NCBI RefSeq assembly: GCF_963921235.1
Contig: NC_086108.1
Location: 32,490,001-32,554,000 of the forward strand
Source: Mobula hypostoma
Taxonomy: Eukaryota
Direction: 5' to 3'
DNA length: 64,000 nucleotides
Part shown: positions 38,131 to 50,904 of the stretch, piece after piece
Numbering within the stretch: the stretch's first letter is position 1
Layout of the letters: every line of letters starts with the position of its first letter
Position numbers and translations under genes: made by a program
The notes under the pieces: generated by a model
What the model saw: the letters and a program-made list of their open reading frames with translations, nothing else
Told to the model about the DNA's origin: nothing
The model's database searches: none

Positions 38131-38699
38131 TAATAGCAGTTCATAACATGTTAAATGTCAACTGCTGAACTAATAGAGTGTTGAAAAATGCACGTTAAAA
38201 TATTCAGCATCTTGCCAATGTTCACTTTCTTCAAAATGTTGAATTAAGTTGAATGTTATATTAACAAGTGATTTTCAGTGAGTCTTATAAGGTTTTGCGA
38301 ATATGAGAAGTGATAATCAAATGCACTTCAAGTTTTCACTGTGCGCATTAGTTATTTGAAATTTGGCATCTTAACCCAATGATACAAGGCAAGTTTAATA
38401 TTGGAGCTCATCAAATATCTCATAAAAATCTTATAAAACGGCAGAATCTAGGAATTTTTGTTTAATAAAGTAACAGCTTCATTGGGTGTTCTATCTTTTG
38501 GAAGTCACTAAATCATTAGTAAGAAAATACAAGGTGTATTTTTATTTTTCCAGGTTACTTAATTGAAACTAAGATCAAGGACATAGCAACCTACTGTCAG
38601 CGCATGTAAACACCTTCAATCATCAGCTACAACATCAGCAATGTCTTTTAAAAAGTGAAAACAAGGGGTAGTTTTCGCATCTGACACCCATTAGGTTAT

Positions 38700-39350
38700 T
38701 CAATAGGATCAAGCCTGTCCTTTTATTTTAGCCCTGCTTTCTGACACTAATGCCATTTCCTTTAATATTTATTGATCCAAGTCTTGGATATACTTAGCAA
38801 CTCAGCTTCCACAGTCCTCTTGGTTAAAGAATTCCAAAGATTCATTACTCTCTGGCTTGATTACACTGATAAGCATGCTGTACTTTTAATTAAGACCACC
38901 ACTCAATGCTCTAACTCTAAAGAATACAGGTCCAATCTTTCCTCATCAGACAGTTCCTTCATTCAAGGAATTAACCTAGTTGACCATCACTGTACTCCTT
39001 CCATCATCAGAATATCCTTCCTTAGTAAGGGAGACAATACTGTAGGTGCAATCCTACCAGGGCTCCATCTATCTGCAAAAAGATTCTTTACATTTAGACC
39101 CAAATCTTAAAGGCCAATGGATTTTTGTTTACTTTCTTAACTGTGTTATCCCTATTCATTAAATTTTGGCAATTCCTGTATTAGGACTCCAAGATTCCTT
39201 TAATCAAAAATGTTATTCAATCTCTTATAATTTAAAAACTGCATTCTATTTTTTTAAAATGTAAACTGAAGTGCATGACCCATATTTTACCACATTTAGT
39301 TTCATTTGCCCTGCCCTTAGCCCATACACCTCAGAAGCCTTTATGCGTTC
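38700..39350 (-). mobile_element. Highly degraded CR1-like fragment
   Basis: AAGAATTCCAAAGATTCA and CTCTAAAGAATACAGGTCCAA match the reverse strand of the CR1 3' region. Confidence 0.4.
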
Positions 39351-39441
39351 TCATCGACTTATAATGAATGGCACCCCCAAACCAATTGCAGGTAATGCAC
39401 AATATCAACAATCAGTCTTAATTTTATTGTATTGACTTTAC

Positions 39442-39693
39442 CTTAGAATTTTCTTCAAATTCTGTTGCTGGCACAGAGATCATAGTCTTTACCTCAGTGC
39501 TTAATTCAGTCACCACATTTGACTCCTGTGTTATAACAGGTTCTGGGCCACCAACAGTAGTGGCTGGAGGATCATCTTTTCCTTCTGTTTCAGGCTGCTG
39601 CACATCTTTGACCTTCCTGTTTTTCATTGATCGCTCCTTGCCAATGGGACCAGGTTTATGTTCTTTGTTCTCCATTAGATTCAACTCTGGAAG
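39442..39693 (-). CDS. PRRC2C: PRRC2C exon, 252 nt
   Basis: LPELNLMENKEHKPGPIGKERSMKNRKVKDVQQ...EFEENSK; phase 0-0. Confidence 0.92.
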
Positions 39694-40641
39694 CTGCAAA
39701 AATGACAGTTGTTAATGGTTATCAAGTCATAAAAGATTAACCTGTTTCATTACAACAGGCACAATAACCAAAGTCAAGATTCTTTTATGTAACATTTTAA
39801 GTGCTAAATGGCTTTCCACCAGCAGGTGATAATACTTAAGGGTGAACAGAACAATTTGACTGTCTTGATTCCTCTAAGCCCAAGTGCACAATTGAATAAT
39901 GGGGTAGCCGCGATATTTTAAAAATTATGTATACATACCATATTGTGCTGAAAAAATTAACTGGAAAATATGAATGTTCTAAAGTTTGCTGATGCACGAT
40001 TTCACTTTGTGTGCATTTATTAAACTTTCCTCCACTAAATATCCATTTACATTTCTGAAAAAATCTTTGTATGGATTTATTCAGTAATGAAGTTGGGATG
40101 GAGTCAGTTTGTGTATGATATTCAGAATCTTGTTAAAATTTAGGATTGACAATTTCCTTAATTAAAGAGATTTAAGGATGAGGAAAAAAACAAGAATGTT
40201 GGAGGAGATAAATGTACTAGTCAAATTAGGTAAAGTAGATGGAAGGAAAAATTGGATCGAGAGAGAAACAAAATGGCACAGGTGGTAAAACCCGTAGGAA
40301 AGAGAATTCACCTTCAACTGTTCTTAATCTGGGCCTAATACCAGAACAGATGCCTGCTCTGAAATGTTGTTTCTGTTGGGAAGTAGCAATGCTGACTTCC
40401 TAGTTTAAGCATAAACTAACATGCAGATGCAGTAACAAATCAAACAAGTTGTAATTGTTGCTGCACTCCTATTTTAATGAAACAAATGGTAAAGCATACA
40501 AATGTTTTGATATTTGCAATGGTTTACAGCTTACAGGTCAACCCCACCTGATCACAAATTCTTGAACTATTTACTCAATACCAACAGTCTGAAATTAGCT
40601 TTGCACTCTTTCCCCAGTGAACTATAGTCAAAGTAGCTTAC

Positions 40642-40863
40642 TTTCTGTGCTTTGATAGGGCCTGCACGAGACTGCTTCTGTCGCTGTTCCTTTGGCTCTG
40701 GCAACTTAAGTTCAGCAGCCTTTTCTGTTGTGCTTACATCACTTTCTGCTTCAACATCAGTGGTGGCGCTTGTGGCTGCTGAGGTGCAACTACTTTTAGT
40801 TACGACTATTTGACCTGCCTCAATACCAAGCTCAATTCCAGCCTCTGGACTAGAAACTGTTCC
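40642..40863 (-). CDS. PRRC2C: PRRC2C exon, 222 nt
   Basis: GTVSSPEAGIELGIE...KLPEPKEQRQKQSRAGPIKAQK; phase 0-0; |GTAAGC donor. Confidence 0.9.
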
Positions 40864-41084
40864 CTGCAAGAAAATGGAAAACATGCCTTATGCAATTATA
40901 GAAAACAAGGGCTTGTTAAGCAAATCCCAAAAAGCATTCTGAAATAAATTGATAATGTTAATGGAACATTGCAATTTATGGTGAGTGCCACCTCAATTAA
41001 ATTAGAGTTCTACAAGTCCTTAAAGAGCAATTATTCAATTTCTTTTTGCAGTTAAACAACAGTACAAGTCAAATGCCTCCAAGA

Positions 41085-41485
41085 GGACCACAGCCTTATC
41101 TGTGGTTTGATGGCTTGCATACCTCAATGAGCCAGAGAACTATGCTGGCTGGAATTAGAGACGTATGCTTCGTCTCTTGGTAGGATCACCCACATCAAAC
41201 AGATCAAAGGGCAGATGATAGACCAAGAATGGTCTCCAGTCCACCAGGTTCGGGATTTCAGCTCAGGGCTAACAACCCTGACAGGTAAAACAAAATTGTT
41301 ACCGAAGCAGCAATGAAGAACCTTTCTACATCTGAGTGCGATGGTTTTCCTGAGTCTCCACCAGGGACTTGCATGACTGACAGTAGTGAAAACTGAGAGG
41401 AAGCTACAGACACGATGAAGGAAGGCCCAAATATGGAGGACCTTCACTGCTGCCCTAAATGATAGCAGCGTAGCAGGCAGACAAA
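41085..41485 (+). mobile_element. RTE-derived non-autonomous retroposon
   Basis: GGGCTAACAACCCTGAC...AAAA segment like an RTE 5' region, joined to a WRTFTAALN-type RTE 3' end. Confidence 0.45.
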
Positions 41486-41599
41486 CATACACACTGTAGA
41501 TAAGACCACATTTTATGAGTAATTAATGCAGAAAACCAGGTAATTGCAAAGGGTTCACAAACTTTTTATTGCGTGTCTGTGTGTGCAATACATATATAC

Positions 41600-44515
41600 A
41601 TAAATATAGATACTTTATTGATCCCAAATTAGTGTCACAGTAGCATTACAAGTGCAGATATACAAATACAACAAAGAATAAAAGATTAAGTTACCTTAAA
41701 AATAAGATGTGTAGATTGGGAACAGGAATTGGGGCTTACCATTTCTGTGGATGAGTGGGGGCAGATTTTACAATTAGTTAATACTTCCTCTATTTGTGCT
41801 AAACATTCCCTAATTCAATTTAAAGTGGTTCATAGAGCACATATGTCCAAAGATAAGTTAGCGCGTTTTTACTCGCATATTAATCCTTTCTGTGATAGAT
41901 GTTCGGGGCAGATAGCCTCTTTAACTCATATGTTTTGGTCTTGCCCTACTTTGGAAACTTTTTGGAGAGATATTTTCAATATTATTTCTAAGGTATTAAA
42001 TATAGATATCTCTCCTCACCCTATTACTGCTATCTTTGGACTACCTAAAATTTCTAGTAATCTTTCCCCTTCAGCCCGTAGAATGATTGCATTTCTTACT
42101 TTAATGGCGAAAAGATGTATTTTACAACATTGGAAAGAGCTTAATGCTCCAACTACCTTTTTTTGGTTTTCTCAGACGATTTTATGTTTGAATCTGGAGA
42201 AAATTAGAAGTAATCTTTATGATTCTTCATTTAAATTTGAACAGATTTGGGGACCTTTTATTCGATATTTTCATTTAATGTAATATTTACCCTTCTTGTT
42301 TTTTTTTTCACTGTTTTAATGGAGGTCGGGATTGAGGACGTGATTTTAAGTTTAACTCTGTTTGGTTTCAAGTTAGCCCATTGCTTTGCTTTGCTTTTAG
42401 TTAGTTGCACGGTGGGTTTTTTTTTTGGGGTTTTTTTTTCTTTTTTTTTCCATTGATATATATAAAATCTAGTATACTATTATGTTATCTTGCTTTCTTA
42501 TGCTTAAATTACATTGTTTGTAGTATTTTCTTTTTGGTATTGTTATCTTTTGGAATTTTATTATACTTTAACATTGTATTAATGTTTATATGGCTTACCT
42601 TTTTTGTATACTTACTCAATAAAAAGATTTAAAAAGAAAAAGAAAGAAAAATAAGATGTACAATATTTACAAGTTCATACTGATAAGAATTACCATATTA
42701 TACAGTAATGGATATACATTCACATTGTCCAGATATGATGTGATGGTAGTATTGCACAGGGTCTTTGTGATAGCAGGGTGTGGTAAACAGAGCTCTGGTA
42801 AAGAGAGGTTAATAACAGTCTAACAGGAGGGGGTCATCACTTCCCTGGAAAAGGTTGACTCATTATAGAGCCTAATGGCCAAGGGTAAAAATGACCTCAG
42901 GGAGTTCTCTGGAGCAGCACAGTTGTCTTAGTTTATTACTAAAAGTGCTCCTCTGTTCAGCCAAGGTGGCATGCCGAGGGTGAGAAATATTGTCCAGAAC
43001 TGCCAGGATTTTCCATAAGGTCCTTTGTTCTACCACAACTTCCAGTGTGTCTAGTTTTGACTCTATAACAGAGCCCGCCTTTCTAGTCACTTTATCAAGC
43101 CTATTGACATCACCCACATTGATGTCATTGCCCCAACACACCACCGCATTTCTCCTTTGTCTTACTGATGTTGAGCTGCAGATGATTCAGTTTGCACTAA
43201 TCGAGAAAGTCCTCCACCAGGGCCCTGTATTCATCCTCCTGTCCTCCCTTTATACACCCAACTATTGCTGAGTCATCAGAGAATTTCTGCAGAGAATATA
43301 ACTCAGTGTTGTATCTAAAGTCAGAGCAAACAGGAAGGGAGCCAATACAGTCCTCTGTGAGGTCTCAGTGCTGCTTATAGCCTTGTCTGATCCCAGCTCA
43401 GAAGCCACACAAACTGTGGTCTGCCAGTCAAGTAGTCCATTATCCAAGATGAAATGGAAGTACAACTTGCACTGAACAGAGCTTTCCCCCTCCTCTGCAA
43501 TGAGGGCTATATGGTATTAAAGGCACTAGAAAAATAAAAAACATAATCCTCAGAGTGCTGCCCTGCTTATCCAAATGGGAGTAGGCTCCGAAGTGCCCCT
43601 GGTAGGCAAACTGCAGGGGATTGAGGGCTGATCTGACCAAGAGCTGGAAGTGAGCCAGGATCAGCCTCTCTCGGCTCTTCATTATGGGTGAGGTCAGGGC
43701 CACTGGATGGTAGTCATTCAAGACTTTCAGTTGGGTACAGGGACCATACATGATGCTTCCCACTCAGTCAGGACCCTCCCCAGGTCGAGTTTGAAAATAC
43801 ACTGGAGAACTTCACACAGCTGCTCAGCACATTCTTTCAGGATCATGGGGTTCACAACATCCGGTCCAAAAGCTTTGCCATGTCTGAGTTTCCCCAGAAC
43901 CCTTCTCACTTGCTCAGTAGTGAAGGTGAGTCCTTGACGTCTGGAGAGTTGGTGGAAGGTGGGGGCTGGGGGAGGTGAAGATGGGAACAATAGCAGTTGG
44001 TACGTGGAGGTGTGTATGGGAAAGGGGGGGCGGGGAGGCATTGGTGCTGAAAGAGCACTGGGTGCCTCGGCACCTGGGTTGGTGTGCTGGGGGGGGGGGT
44101 GTGAATAGGAGGGCAATTGTCCCCAAACCTATTGAAGAATTGGTTTAAGTCATTAGTTCATTCATGGATGCAATCCAAGACTGACTGAAGCAAATGATGT
44201 TCCTCACACCTCTCCTGTGTACTACTCTGCCCAAGCTTGTTCTCCAAATCTCTCCTGTATTCCTCTTTAGCCACCTTGATCTGCTCCTTTAGTTCCCTCT
44301 GCACGTTTCAATTCCTCCCCGTCTCCTGATCTAAAGGCTCTCTTTTTGTGGTTGCGAAGAGCCTTCAGATCACTGGTGACCCATGGTTTTGTTGTTAGAG
44401 AAGCAGCAAACAGTACTTGATGGTATTATAGTGTCCACACAGAAGTTGATGTACCCAGTGATGCAATCAGTAAGTCCACTAGTGTCCTCCCCATATGGTT
44501 CACAAAGCACATTCC
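41600..44515 (-). mobile_element. Rex1/Babar-type LINE, degraded; 3' UTR interrupted by an L1
   Basis: GKAFGPD...LKECAEQLCEVLQCIF, LNDYHPVALTSPIMK, LNPLQFAYQ, VCWGNDI; 3' terminus GGGATCAATAAAGTATCT at ~41610. Confidence 0.75.
41711..42646 (+). mobile_element. L1-clade LINE, second 5'-truncated copy
   Basis: Near-identical to 34709-35630; 13-bp TSD AAAAATAAGATGT (41698-41710, 42647-42659); TT|AAAA target. Confidence 0.92.
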
Positions 44516-44564
44516 AGTCAGTATAACCTCAATACATACATATATGTGTATACATACATATTCT

Positions 44565-44995
44565 GATTAGCTGCATCATGCTCTGATACAGCAATCCAAA
44601 TGCACAGGGATACAAGCAGCTCCAGAGAGTAGTGGACTTGGTCCAATACATCATAGGCACACCCCACCCCAGCCCCCCACCTATCTATAGGAGATACTGC
44701 CTCAGGAAGGCGACATCCAAAGATATCCACCATTTCGCAGCTACCACTGTATAGGAGGTACAGAAACCTAAAATCCCTTGCTACCTGGTTCAAGAACAGC
44801 TACTTCTCTTCAACTACTCAGCTCTTTAAACAACTGGCACCACCCTAATCTCTGGTTTTGCAATGCTCTGAACAGTTTGTACCAGAAGTATTTTAGTTCT
44901 TTCCTGTAAAAATTGTGTACAAGTTAATTTGCTTCTCCTGTGAATGCTGCAAGCTTTCATGCACCCATATATGTACTTGTGAAAATGACAAACTC
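44565..44995 (+). mobile_element. Rex/Babar-like LINE 3' fragment
   Basis: KQLQRVVD...GRRYRNL...WFKNSYF-type remnant. Confidence 0.5.
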
Positions 44996-45119
44996 ATCTT
45001 TTTGATCAGAAGCACAATTATTTCCCTCCAACTGCTCATTGAATTGAATGAACACTATAGGAGGACATTTTAGCTTGTAGGAGAACAGTATAATTTTAAA
45101 ACAGCTAATGGTATCTCCA

Positions 45120-45190
45120 AAATCAGTTGGTTGATTGGCTGATTAGATATTTGCATTAACAAGGTATATCTAATAAAGTGGCCATGAGCG
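45120..45190 (-). mobile_element. Terminal fragment of the same Tc1-like family as 30741
   Basis: Reverse complement TGGCCACTTTATTAGATATACC...TTAATGCAAATATCTAATC matches the 30741 end. Confidence 0.6.
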
Positions 45191-45788
45191 TACAAAGATG
45201 TGAATCATGGGTAACTATAACGAATCACTTATTGCAATTTGAAATAGCCATGCAGTTCTGCAGGAAAATAAAATCTGGCAATTTTACATTAGATTGAGTG
45301 CCTGTACTGCAATGTCAAGAGATCTCAATCAGACTCTGAGGATGTGTTGAAAATTTCTCTGGGATCGTGGCTTCAGGCAATTTGTCTGTTGAAAAGCATG
45401 GGCAACAACTCAAATGTTAAATTGTTAAGTAAGAGCACTGGAATATCAAGAGATAATTTCAATTTGGAAGCTAAACCCATTCTTGTTTAATAATATTTAA
45501 ATTTTATCAACAGCAAGAGGAGCACTGCATGTGAAAGATTCTGAACAAATGAACTGTGGTTTGAGTCAATTAACGATAAGGTTCTGATGAATGGTTTTCT
45601 TGTACAAACCTCACCTAACAAAAATTCCCATCAAATTTCTACTTCTACTGGAGCAGAAAATGAGATGTTTCCTTTTCACCATACAAAGAGTTTGTAGCAG
45701 TAGTCTGCAGCTGGAAGATGCAATGTATGTGAACCTTGAGAAACAATTAACAAAAATCTTACTCAATACTCTGAATCGTTATGCTTAC

Positions 45789-45874
45789 CTCAGGAGATGA
45801 GGAAGATCCAAAAGATGTTAAAGGCTTATTCCATGCACTGACAGATGGAGGCTGTGGAGGACTAATGGATGCCA
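45789..45874 (-). CDS. PRRC2C: PRRC2C exon, 86 nt
   Basis: ASISPPQPPSVSAWNKPLTSFGSSSSPE; phase 1-0; TTCTAG| acceptor, |GTAAGC donor. Confidence 0.92.
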
Positions 45875-46202
45875 CTAGAAAATAAGAACAGATTACACTT
45901 TTTTTCTTTTTAATTCATACCTCTATCTCCATTGTCCTAAGGCACAGTTGTCCTTCCAGCAGTTGGAAATGCATCACAGACTTCATTAATGCAACTGGTT
46001 TTGTTCTTCAAATGCGGTTTTTCTAGATTCATGATGCTCAGTAGCATCTGCAGAAAAGCAAAACTCAGCCCCAACTGCAGCAAACTAAACTCAATTGATG
46101 TAACTTAATCCCAAATGTTGTAACCAGTGGGAAACTTGCAACTTATGACCTTGATCATATGTACAAAATAACTTAAACGCTTATCTTTGAATTTTAAATG
46201 TT

Positions 46203-46463
46203 GAGCCATGGTAGCATAGTGGTTACCGTGCCGCTATTACAGCTCGGGTCATTCTGGAGTTCAATTCTGGCACCATTCTGTACATCCTGCCCATGGAGTG
46301 CGTGGGTTCCCCCCGCAAGTGCTTTGGTTTCCTTCCACAGTCGAAAGAGGTAACAGGAAGGTTAACTGGTCATTACAAATGGTCCCGTGATTAGGTTAGG
46401 GTTAATTGCGGTTGTGGAATTGCCAGAAGGGCCTACTCCACGCTTCATTGCTAAATAAATAAA
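46203..46463 (+). mobile_element. tRNA-derived V-SINE (HE1-like)
   Basis: GGTAGCATAGTGG, GGAGTTCAATTC, GCGTGGGTT...GGTTTCCTTCCACAG, (TAAA)n tail. Confidence 0.7.
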
Positions 46464-46739
46464 TATTCATGAAATTAAACTGTATAGAATCTTTGAGACA
46501 CGATGTGACAGATAACTAATCATATTGCAAATACAGTATATTCACCAGAACACGATACAAGGAACAGAAGTAGGCTGTTTAATGCCCTTGAGCTTGTTCC
46601 ACCAACTCAGATCCAATTCCAATACATTCAAGACAGAAGTGTTTTCTAGCTTTATTACTGGATAGTCTGGCTCTAATTTTTATAAATGCTTCTAGACCAA
46701 GATTCAAAAAATGTTAATAAATATCTTTATAACCTTATA

Positions 46740-48189
46740 CAGTGGTGCTAGAAAGTTTGTGAACCCTATAGTTTTCTTTTTTTCTGTTTAAATATGGCCT
46801 AAAATATGATCAGATTTGCACACAAGCCCTAAAACTACATAAAGAGAACCCAATAAATAACAAAAATGTTATACTTGTTCATTTATTTGAGAAAAAAATA
46901 TCTAATATTGCATGTATGCATTGGAAAAAAAAGTATGTGAATCTCTGGGGTAATGCCTTCTACAAAAGTTATTTGGAGTCAAGTGTTCCAATCAATGAGA
47001 TAAGATTGGAGGTGTGGATTTTAAGTGCTCTGTCCTATTAAAAAAGAGACACTCAAAGCCAGGTTACTGACAGAGCCTGCTCTTCTCAAGAAAGATCTGT
47101 TTATGTGCACCATGTCTCCATCAAAACAACTTTCAGAGTACCTTAGAAGAATTGTAGAGTTACATGAAGCTGGAAAAGGCTACAAAAGAATTCCTAAAGT
47201 CCTGGCTGTTCATCAGTCCACAGCAAGAGAAATTGTCTACAAATGGAGGAAACTCAGTACTGTTGCTACTCTCCCTAGAAGTGGGCATCCTGCAAAGATC
47301 ACATCAAGAGCAACGCTGACGGAGGTGAAAAAGAGGGAAACAGCAAAAGATCAGCAGAAATCTCTAGAACTTGCTAAAGTCTCTGTTCATGGAAGGACAC
47401 CACAGAGGAAACCATTGCTCTCCAAAAACAAAACCTCGCTGCATCTCTCAAGTTTGCAAAAGACCACCTGGAAGATCTACAACGCTCTGGGACCATGTTC
47501 TGTAGACAGGTGAGTCGAAAGTTGAACTTTTTGGCAGAAATATATATTGCTATGTTTGGAAGAAAAAGGACACTGTACACCAACACTAAAACCTCATCCC
47601 AAGCATGGTGGAAGGAACATCATGGTTTGGGCTGCTTTGTTGCCTCAGGGCCTGGGCAGCTTGCAAACGTTAAAGGTAACGAATTCAAAATTGTATCAGG
47701 AGAATGTCAGGGTAGCAGTTTGTCACCTGCTTAATAGAAGTTGGATAATGCAACATGACAATGATCCGAAAGACAAGAGAATGGTTTAAAAAGAAAATTC
47801 GTGACTTAGAATGGCCGAGTCAAAGTCCTAACCTTGATCCTATAGAAATGTGTTGAAGCAGTTTTCAAAGGAGGAATGGCCTAAAGTTCCTCCGAGCTGA
47901 TATACAGGACTAATCAACAGTTACCGGAAACGTGTTGAAGTAATTGCTGTACAAGGGGGTCACACTAGTTACTGAAACCACGGGTTCACATACTTTTTCC
48001 AACAAATACATGTAATTATGGATAATTTTTCTAAATAAATGAACAAGTATAATCCTTTTTATGTTATTTATTTAATTGGGTTCTCTATCTAGTTTTAGGA
48101 CTTGCGTGAAAATCTGATCACGTTTTAGGTCATATTTTTGTAGAGAGATAGAAAATTCCACAGGGTTCACAAACTTCCTAGCACCACAG
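46740..48189 (+). mobile_element. Near full-length Tc1 transposon, IR/DR type, with inactivated transposase
   Basis: TA-flanked TIRs CAGTGGTGCTAGAAAGTTTGTGAACCC / GGGTTCACAAACTTCCTAGCACCACAG; ~200-bp inverted ends with inner repeats; GKGYKRI, KHGGRNIMVW, QHDNDPK, WPSQSP motifs with frameshifts. Confidence 0.92.
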
Positions 48190-48196
48190 TAATTTT

Positions 48197-48952
48197 AAAA
48201 TTCTAGATGCTGAATCTCCTGTCTCTATGTGCCTCTTGAAGATGTACAAGCAGCTAAGGACAGCAGTTGATTCCAGATAAGAGGCAATAAAGTTATTATC
48301 GAATTATAAAATGACCTTAATACTCTAAAAATTGCAATAAAACTTCTTTAGCTTTTAAATTTCAGGCAATATAACCCAATTTATATAGCTTCATAATTTA
48401 ATGTTTCATTATTAATCTCCACTGTACCTCAGCTCTCAGCATTATATCCCTTCTAACAGAGGGATGCTCCAAATTGCTCAGTGTCTCATATGGGGTCCAA
48501 ACAGAAGCTAACTCCTTTTACATATAGAGGATTAGATTACTAAATATAGATATTCCATTAGCTTTTGAATTAAAATATGGACTGGCACAGTAAATATACA
48601 TGCATGGATCAGAGTCTCCGAGCAAGAATAATGGTGGGCACCTTGTAATTGCATGCAGTGATCTATCTTTGGGAGCCAGCCTGTACTGATGAAGGGCAGC
48701 TGGTGCATTGGTAGGACCAATTCCGGGAATGAATTACACCAAGCTTATTAGTGACATGCTTTCTCTACTTGAGTTCACAAGGGAGCAATATACAGAACTG
48801 CAACAATTTCCTATACCTCACCCTTCCTTAAATCCTAGGTGCTGATTTTCCTGTCACTACGTTTCCTGAAGATGTACAGACAGCCAAGGACAACAGTTGG
48901 TTCCAGATAAGAGAACAAGGCAATAACATTATCAAGTATAAAATGTCTTTTA
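48197..48952. repeat. Diverged ~125-bp direct repeat, copies at ~48197-48320 and ~48829-48952
   Basis: Shared CTAG.TGCTGA.T.TCCTGTC.CTA, TGAAGATGTACA, AAGGACA.CAGTTG.TTCCAGATAAGAG, TATAAAATG. Confidence 0.75.
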
Positions 48953-49932
48953 ACATTTATAACTATTCTGTATGTTTTGTCTTTTATAAGCTTAATGTGC
49001 AATTTCAACAAAACCTTGCAAATCATTAATTTATAAATGCATTGAAAGCTAAGGCCCTGATATAGATCCCTTTAGACCCCAACTATATCCACATCCTGCC
49101 AATTTAAATCGTGTCCATTATCTCAATACAGTGTCTTGCCATTTGCCAATTTCCTCACAAGGTCAATAAATTGTTTTCAATTGAACAGCATTGTGTGAAG
49201 GTTTTATCAAATGTCTTCTGGAAATTTATAAAAATATTATGTATTTCCCTTCATAATGTTTCAATAATCTCTTCAAAATATTCAGTCAGAATCATCAAGC
49301 ATTATCTTTACACAATCATACTGGTTCTCCCTGATCAAGTGAACATTGTGTTCTGTTCTGTCACGGTAATTATAGACGCAATTTCAAAAAAAAAAAAAAT
49401 ACCATGCTAACTAAGCCTGTAAATTATTGTTTTACCAATTACATTATTTCCTATTTAGCCAGACAAAAGCCAAATAAAAATCTGCAAGACAATGAAGCAC
49501 CAACCAACTGTAGTTCAAATGCTTATCAATTCACTCCAAAATGCCTCCCCAACAGCCACATTTCTCCCTTGAAAATCAGTCAGGATAGACAAAGGAATGT
49601 AGGCCACCCTTCATCATTCCAGTCAACATGGCCTACTAAAAAAATTTAAAGTAAATTGACTCAAGAGTCAATCACAAGACAGCTTAAACACTTTTCTGGA
49701 CACAGGATAAACAGGATCTGTCAGAACCAATAGTGGAACTATAAACCAACATTTCAAAAGCTCAGTGGTTAAATTTGAAATTAAACATTTAAGTGTGAAT
49801 GATTCAACAAAGCCTTTGTAGAAACACAAATCCACTGGATTGAATACTGCTTGTGATTTTCAGTGGCATATGGCAAAATGGTGCCAGAAGAAACAAAATA
49901 ATGAAATATATATTTTATAAACTTATACTAAC

Positions 49933-50314
49933 ATTTCGTGGTGATATCTGAAAGGACACCTGAAGAGCTAATCTGGTTGTCCCATAGCTCTGTGTCCAAT
50001 GTGCTGTGTGTTTGTGTTGGGGCTGAAAGTGAACATTCGTTGTTATTTCCTGAAGTACTGCTTCCTCCTTGCACCTTTGATTGCTCCTGAACAGATACTG
50101 GTGTCTCAACTGAAGATGGACCTTGTGCTGAATCCTGAACTGGATCTGTCGTTGAAACCACAGCCTGTTGCTGAGGCTGAGCCTGTGGTTGAACTGAAGC
50201 TGGAGCCTGAGCCTGAGTTTGTTGGGCTGCCTGTTGTTGCTTTTTTGCAAATCGTGGAGGCAATTTAGAATTCTGGCCTCTTCCTTTCTCATTTGAATTC
50301 TTTTTGTTCCAGTT
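49933..50314 (-). CDS. PRRC2C: PRRC2C exon, 382 nt
   Basis: NWNKKNSNEKGRGQNSKLPPRFAKKQ...LDTELWDNQ...ITTK; phase 0-1. Confidence 0.92.
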
Positions 50315-50904
50315 CTGAAATAAATAAATAAATTTTAAATACCATTCAATAAGAATATCGAAAATATGAACAAGCTATCATTTCAAACAATAAACTATCC
50401 ACCATGATAAGAAAATCTAGCTAGCAGCTTGCTGGCTAAGTTTTTTCTCTGTTGTTTATGGTAAGGAGCTAGTTCTGCCCCCACAAGTGACAGAATTTAT
50501 GCATACAAGACCTGACATAAGTCAGAGATTCACCATCAGGACAGCTTTAGCATTGGCACATCTGCTCAACACCTCGTTCTACAAGGACAGCTAGATGTGT
50601 ACAAACGTAATGTTGCAAAATAACAAATTTGGTTAAAAAGTATAAGTAGTGTGGTCATGAATATTCACAGACAAAGTATTTAGAAAAGATAGTGAAGGTA
50701 AAAAGTGAGATCAGGAAAGAATGTGCAATTCGAAGAGTGAATGTCCTTGAAAGAATGAATCAGATTGTTGAGAAACAAAAAGGTTTGCTCACCCCGAGTT
50801 TATTCTACAAACCACTAAAAAGAGATAAAGGAGCAAAAGTAAAAGAAATTGAGATTACAAGAATGATAATATGATGAAACTGGCAGCCTAAATTTTCCAA
50901 ATAT

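Noticed and set aside
30741..45190. Inverted Tc1 ends 14.4 kb apart as a composite transposon carrying PRRC2C exons
   Set aside because: The enclosed exons are native and colinear with the gene; two independent fragments of a common family is simpler
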